Below are positions 61,764-64,000 of a stretch of 64,000 nucleotides of DNA, piece after piece. The first letter of the stretch is position 1; each line of letters starts with the position of its first letter. Position numbers and translations under genes: made by a program. The DNA is taken from the NCBI GenBank assembly GCA_016618085.1, contig JABLTG010000001.1, positions 248,001 through 312,000 of the forward strand. The letters are read 5' to 3'. This stretch comes from Neovahlkampfia damariscottae (Eukaryota). The notes beneath the pieces are model-generated. The model did not search any database and was not told the origin of the DNA. It worked only from the letters and a program-made list of their open reading frames with translations.

Positions 61764-64000
61764 TTATTTCAATTTTTTAATTTCATTTATAATCCAAATT
61801 GAATTTTCACCTAAAGGGAGATAATTTGGAGTGACTTTTGAGAAAAATGATATTTTTTCAATCACTTGTTGATGAACTTCAAACAAATTTGAAATAATTT
61901 CAACATCGAACTAATTTGTTAAATGAATAAAAACTAACCTCATGTTTTAATTTCTAAAATATTAAATATAAATTTAAACTTACAATATTATTAATGGTCT
62001 TTTGAAAAATATTAAATAATTTATGAACTTTACCATATCTAATTCAAATAATTCATCCAATAAATGAATAACAGAAAAACAATGATAAGAAATACCAAAA
62101 TGATCATTTTCAATAATATTCATAAAAAATTCATAAATGTACAAACGAATTGGATTTAATGAACGAAATGCAATCTTAAAGAATTAATTAAATAATAATA
62201 AATACTTTTGATAAACCTTCAATACAACAAATTCTAATAAAAGTAGAAGAATATAAAGATGATTTCATCATTCTTAAAATGATTGATTTCATTGATAAAT
62301 TTTGAATATCAAAAGTATCTAAATTATTCAAATTATCTTGATTTGCTAAAATTGATTTATCCATTATTTCTTTTTTAATATTAATATCTAAATTAAAAGT
62401 TGATAATTCATTGGTTAATTTATTTGAATATTCACCTAAAAAAGAGAAAATACAATGAATAATATTTAAAGATGAATTTAAATATTGATTTAATGATTTA
62501 TCTAAATTTGATGATGATTGAATAATTGAATTAGATAATGAAAAATCTAAAATATTAAATAACATTTTTAAAAAGTATTCAATAATTTGAGGTGAATTCT
62601 TAAATTCAATAAATAATTTCATTAAATAATGAGTATCTAATTTTTGAGGATAAAGAATTGAAATATCTTTAATTAAATCGATTAATTCTTCAACATATTC
62701 TAATTTAATTTTAACACAATCTAATAAAGATTTAAATAAAATAAAATAATCAAATGAATTCCAAATTAAATTTTGTTTAATTTCTAATTTTAATCTAATT
62801 AAAGTATCTTTTAAATCATCAATAGTAGGTGACCATAATAAACATTTAAATGATTGAAATCTAATATATTTATCTTCATGAATTAATAATGATTTTAAAT
62901 TTTTAATTAAATTATCAAATGATTCTTCTTCTTCTTCATTTAATTCTCTTTTTTCTTTTCTTAAATAAATTAAAAAATTTTTTAAAAAATATTGAATTGA
63001 TTTTAAAGTTGCATGTAAATTTAATTGATTATCTTTTTGATTTAAATGAAATGAAAATCTTTTTAAAACATCATTAAAATGATTTAAATTTGGTATTAAT
63101 TTTTTATCAAAGAATAAACTAAAATTATTTTTAGATATAATTTTGATAGTATCTAAAAATATAATAGTTTTTAAATCATGTATAAAATTTAATAAACATA
63201 TTAAATAATCATTATTATCAAAATTTAAAGATAAAAGTTTTAAAAAATAAACTTTTAAAGTTAAATTATCATTTAAAGTTATATTTGTATTATAATTCTT
63301 TTTTGAATCTTTTAATATTTCAATTGAATATTTAAAATTTGGTATTCCACTTTTCTTTTCTTCTAATTTAAATTTTGGTAATATTTCAGTTTTTAAATTT
63401 TTAAATTTTAATTTAAATAATAAAATAATTGATTCTTTTGATATTTCTTCATTTTTATGTCTTGATAATAATAATAAATAATTTTCAATTATTTCTTCTT
63501 TTTCAATTTCATTTTCAAATATAATATTTTTTATTGAATTTAAACAACTTTTTAATAATAATAAATCATCTTCTTTTATTAAATTTGATGAAGATGTATT
63601 TGATTTAAATATTTGTTTTATAATTGATTTCTTTTCTTCTTTTTCAATTTCAACTAATTTTTTTAATATTTTTAAATTCATTTCTTTTAATATTTCATTT
63701 CCTTCTTTTTTATTTTTTTCTTTTTGTATTTTTGATAAACTATAAATAGTTTCAATTTTTATTAATGTATTTAATGATGTAGTTATTTCTTTTTTTAATA
63801 AAAATATAAATGTATCTAAATCACCATCTTCTATTTTTAGATAATTTAAAATAAAGAAATATAATAATCTAATAATTATTCTATCATCAATATTTAATGA
63901 AAATATATCTTGTATAATCTTCCATAATTGAATTTGATTATTTTGATCTTGTAAAAAAAAATTTGAAAGTTGAAAATAAGTTAATTCTTCTAATTTAGTT
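61764..64000 (-). CDS. Probable TSET/TPLATE complex large subunit (TSAUCER/TASH3-like); 5' end outside the window
   Basis: Helical solenoid with FLGEYSN, IRICCIEGLSK|IAFRSLNPIRLYIYEF and YLPLG, resembling my recollection of plant TASH3 motifs (FLGENAN, AIRSGEPFRLQIYEF, YLPLG). Confidence 0.55.

Noticed and set aside
1..64000. Prokaryotic operons, alternative genetic code or stop-codon readthrough suggested by fragmented ORFs and TTG/GTG starts
   Set aside because: In the genes I spliced, internal stops fall inside short canonical introns; TAA, TAG and TGA all end genes normally; real starts are ATG.
1..64000. CRISPR arrays, tRNA/rRNA genes, transposases or retroelements
   Set aside because: No regularly spaced repeats, cloverleaf A/B boxes, rRNA-like tracts or RT/integrase motifs were seen by eye.

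Overview
This is eukaryotic nuclear DNA: extremely AT-rich, gene-dense, standard genetic code, with many tiny (about 29-45 nt) GT-AG spliceosomal introns that split most ORF-track entries. The gene content (RGS-START protein, DUF4116 relic, TSET subunit) and architecture resemble a free-living heterolobosean (Naegleria/Vahlkampfia-like) amoeba; this assignment is inference. About 32 protein genes were reconstructed by manual splicing. They include a Neverland-type Rieske sterol desaturase, pelota, a ZnT6-like CDF transporter, S1P lyase, Mis12, muskelin, Med13, a sterol reductase, PWP1, Rho/Ras GEFs, a p24 protein, ALG9 and a probable TSET large subunit. Most promoters are very short and carry CCAAT boxes, and several convergent genes overlap at their stops. 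The most unusual items are: (1) a ~0.9 kb non-coding, helix-dense, probably + strand unit at ~57750-58690 with its own CCAAT box and AATAAA, a candidate unannotated structured RNA; (2) a micro-protein gene with an array of four tandem splice acceptors, each followed by a 1-2 codon terminal exon (~33110-33190); (3) a ~2,480 aa aromatic-repeat protein; (4) an F-box-cullin fusion; (5) a full-architecture muskelin containing micro-exons and a U12-like donor. All protein names come from motif recognition by eye, with no database searches.
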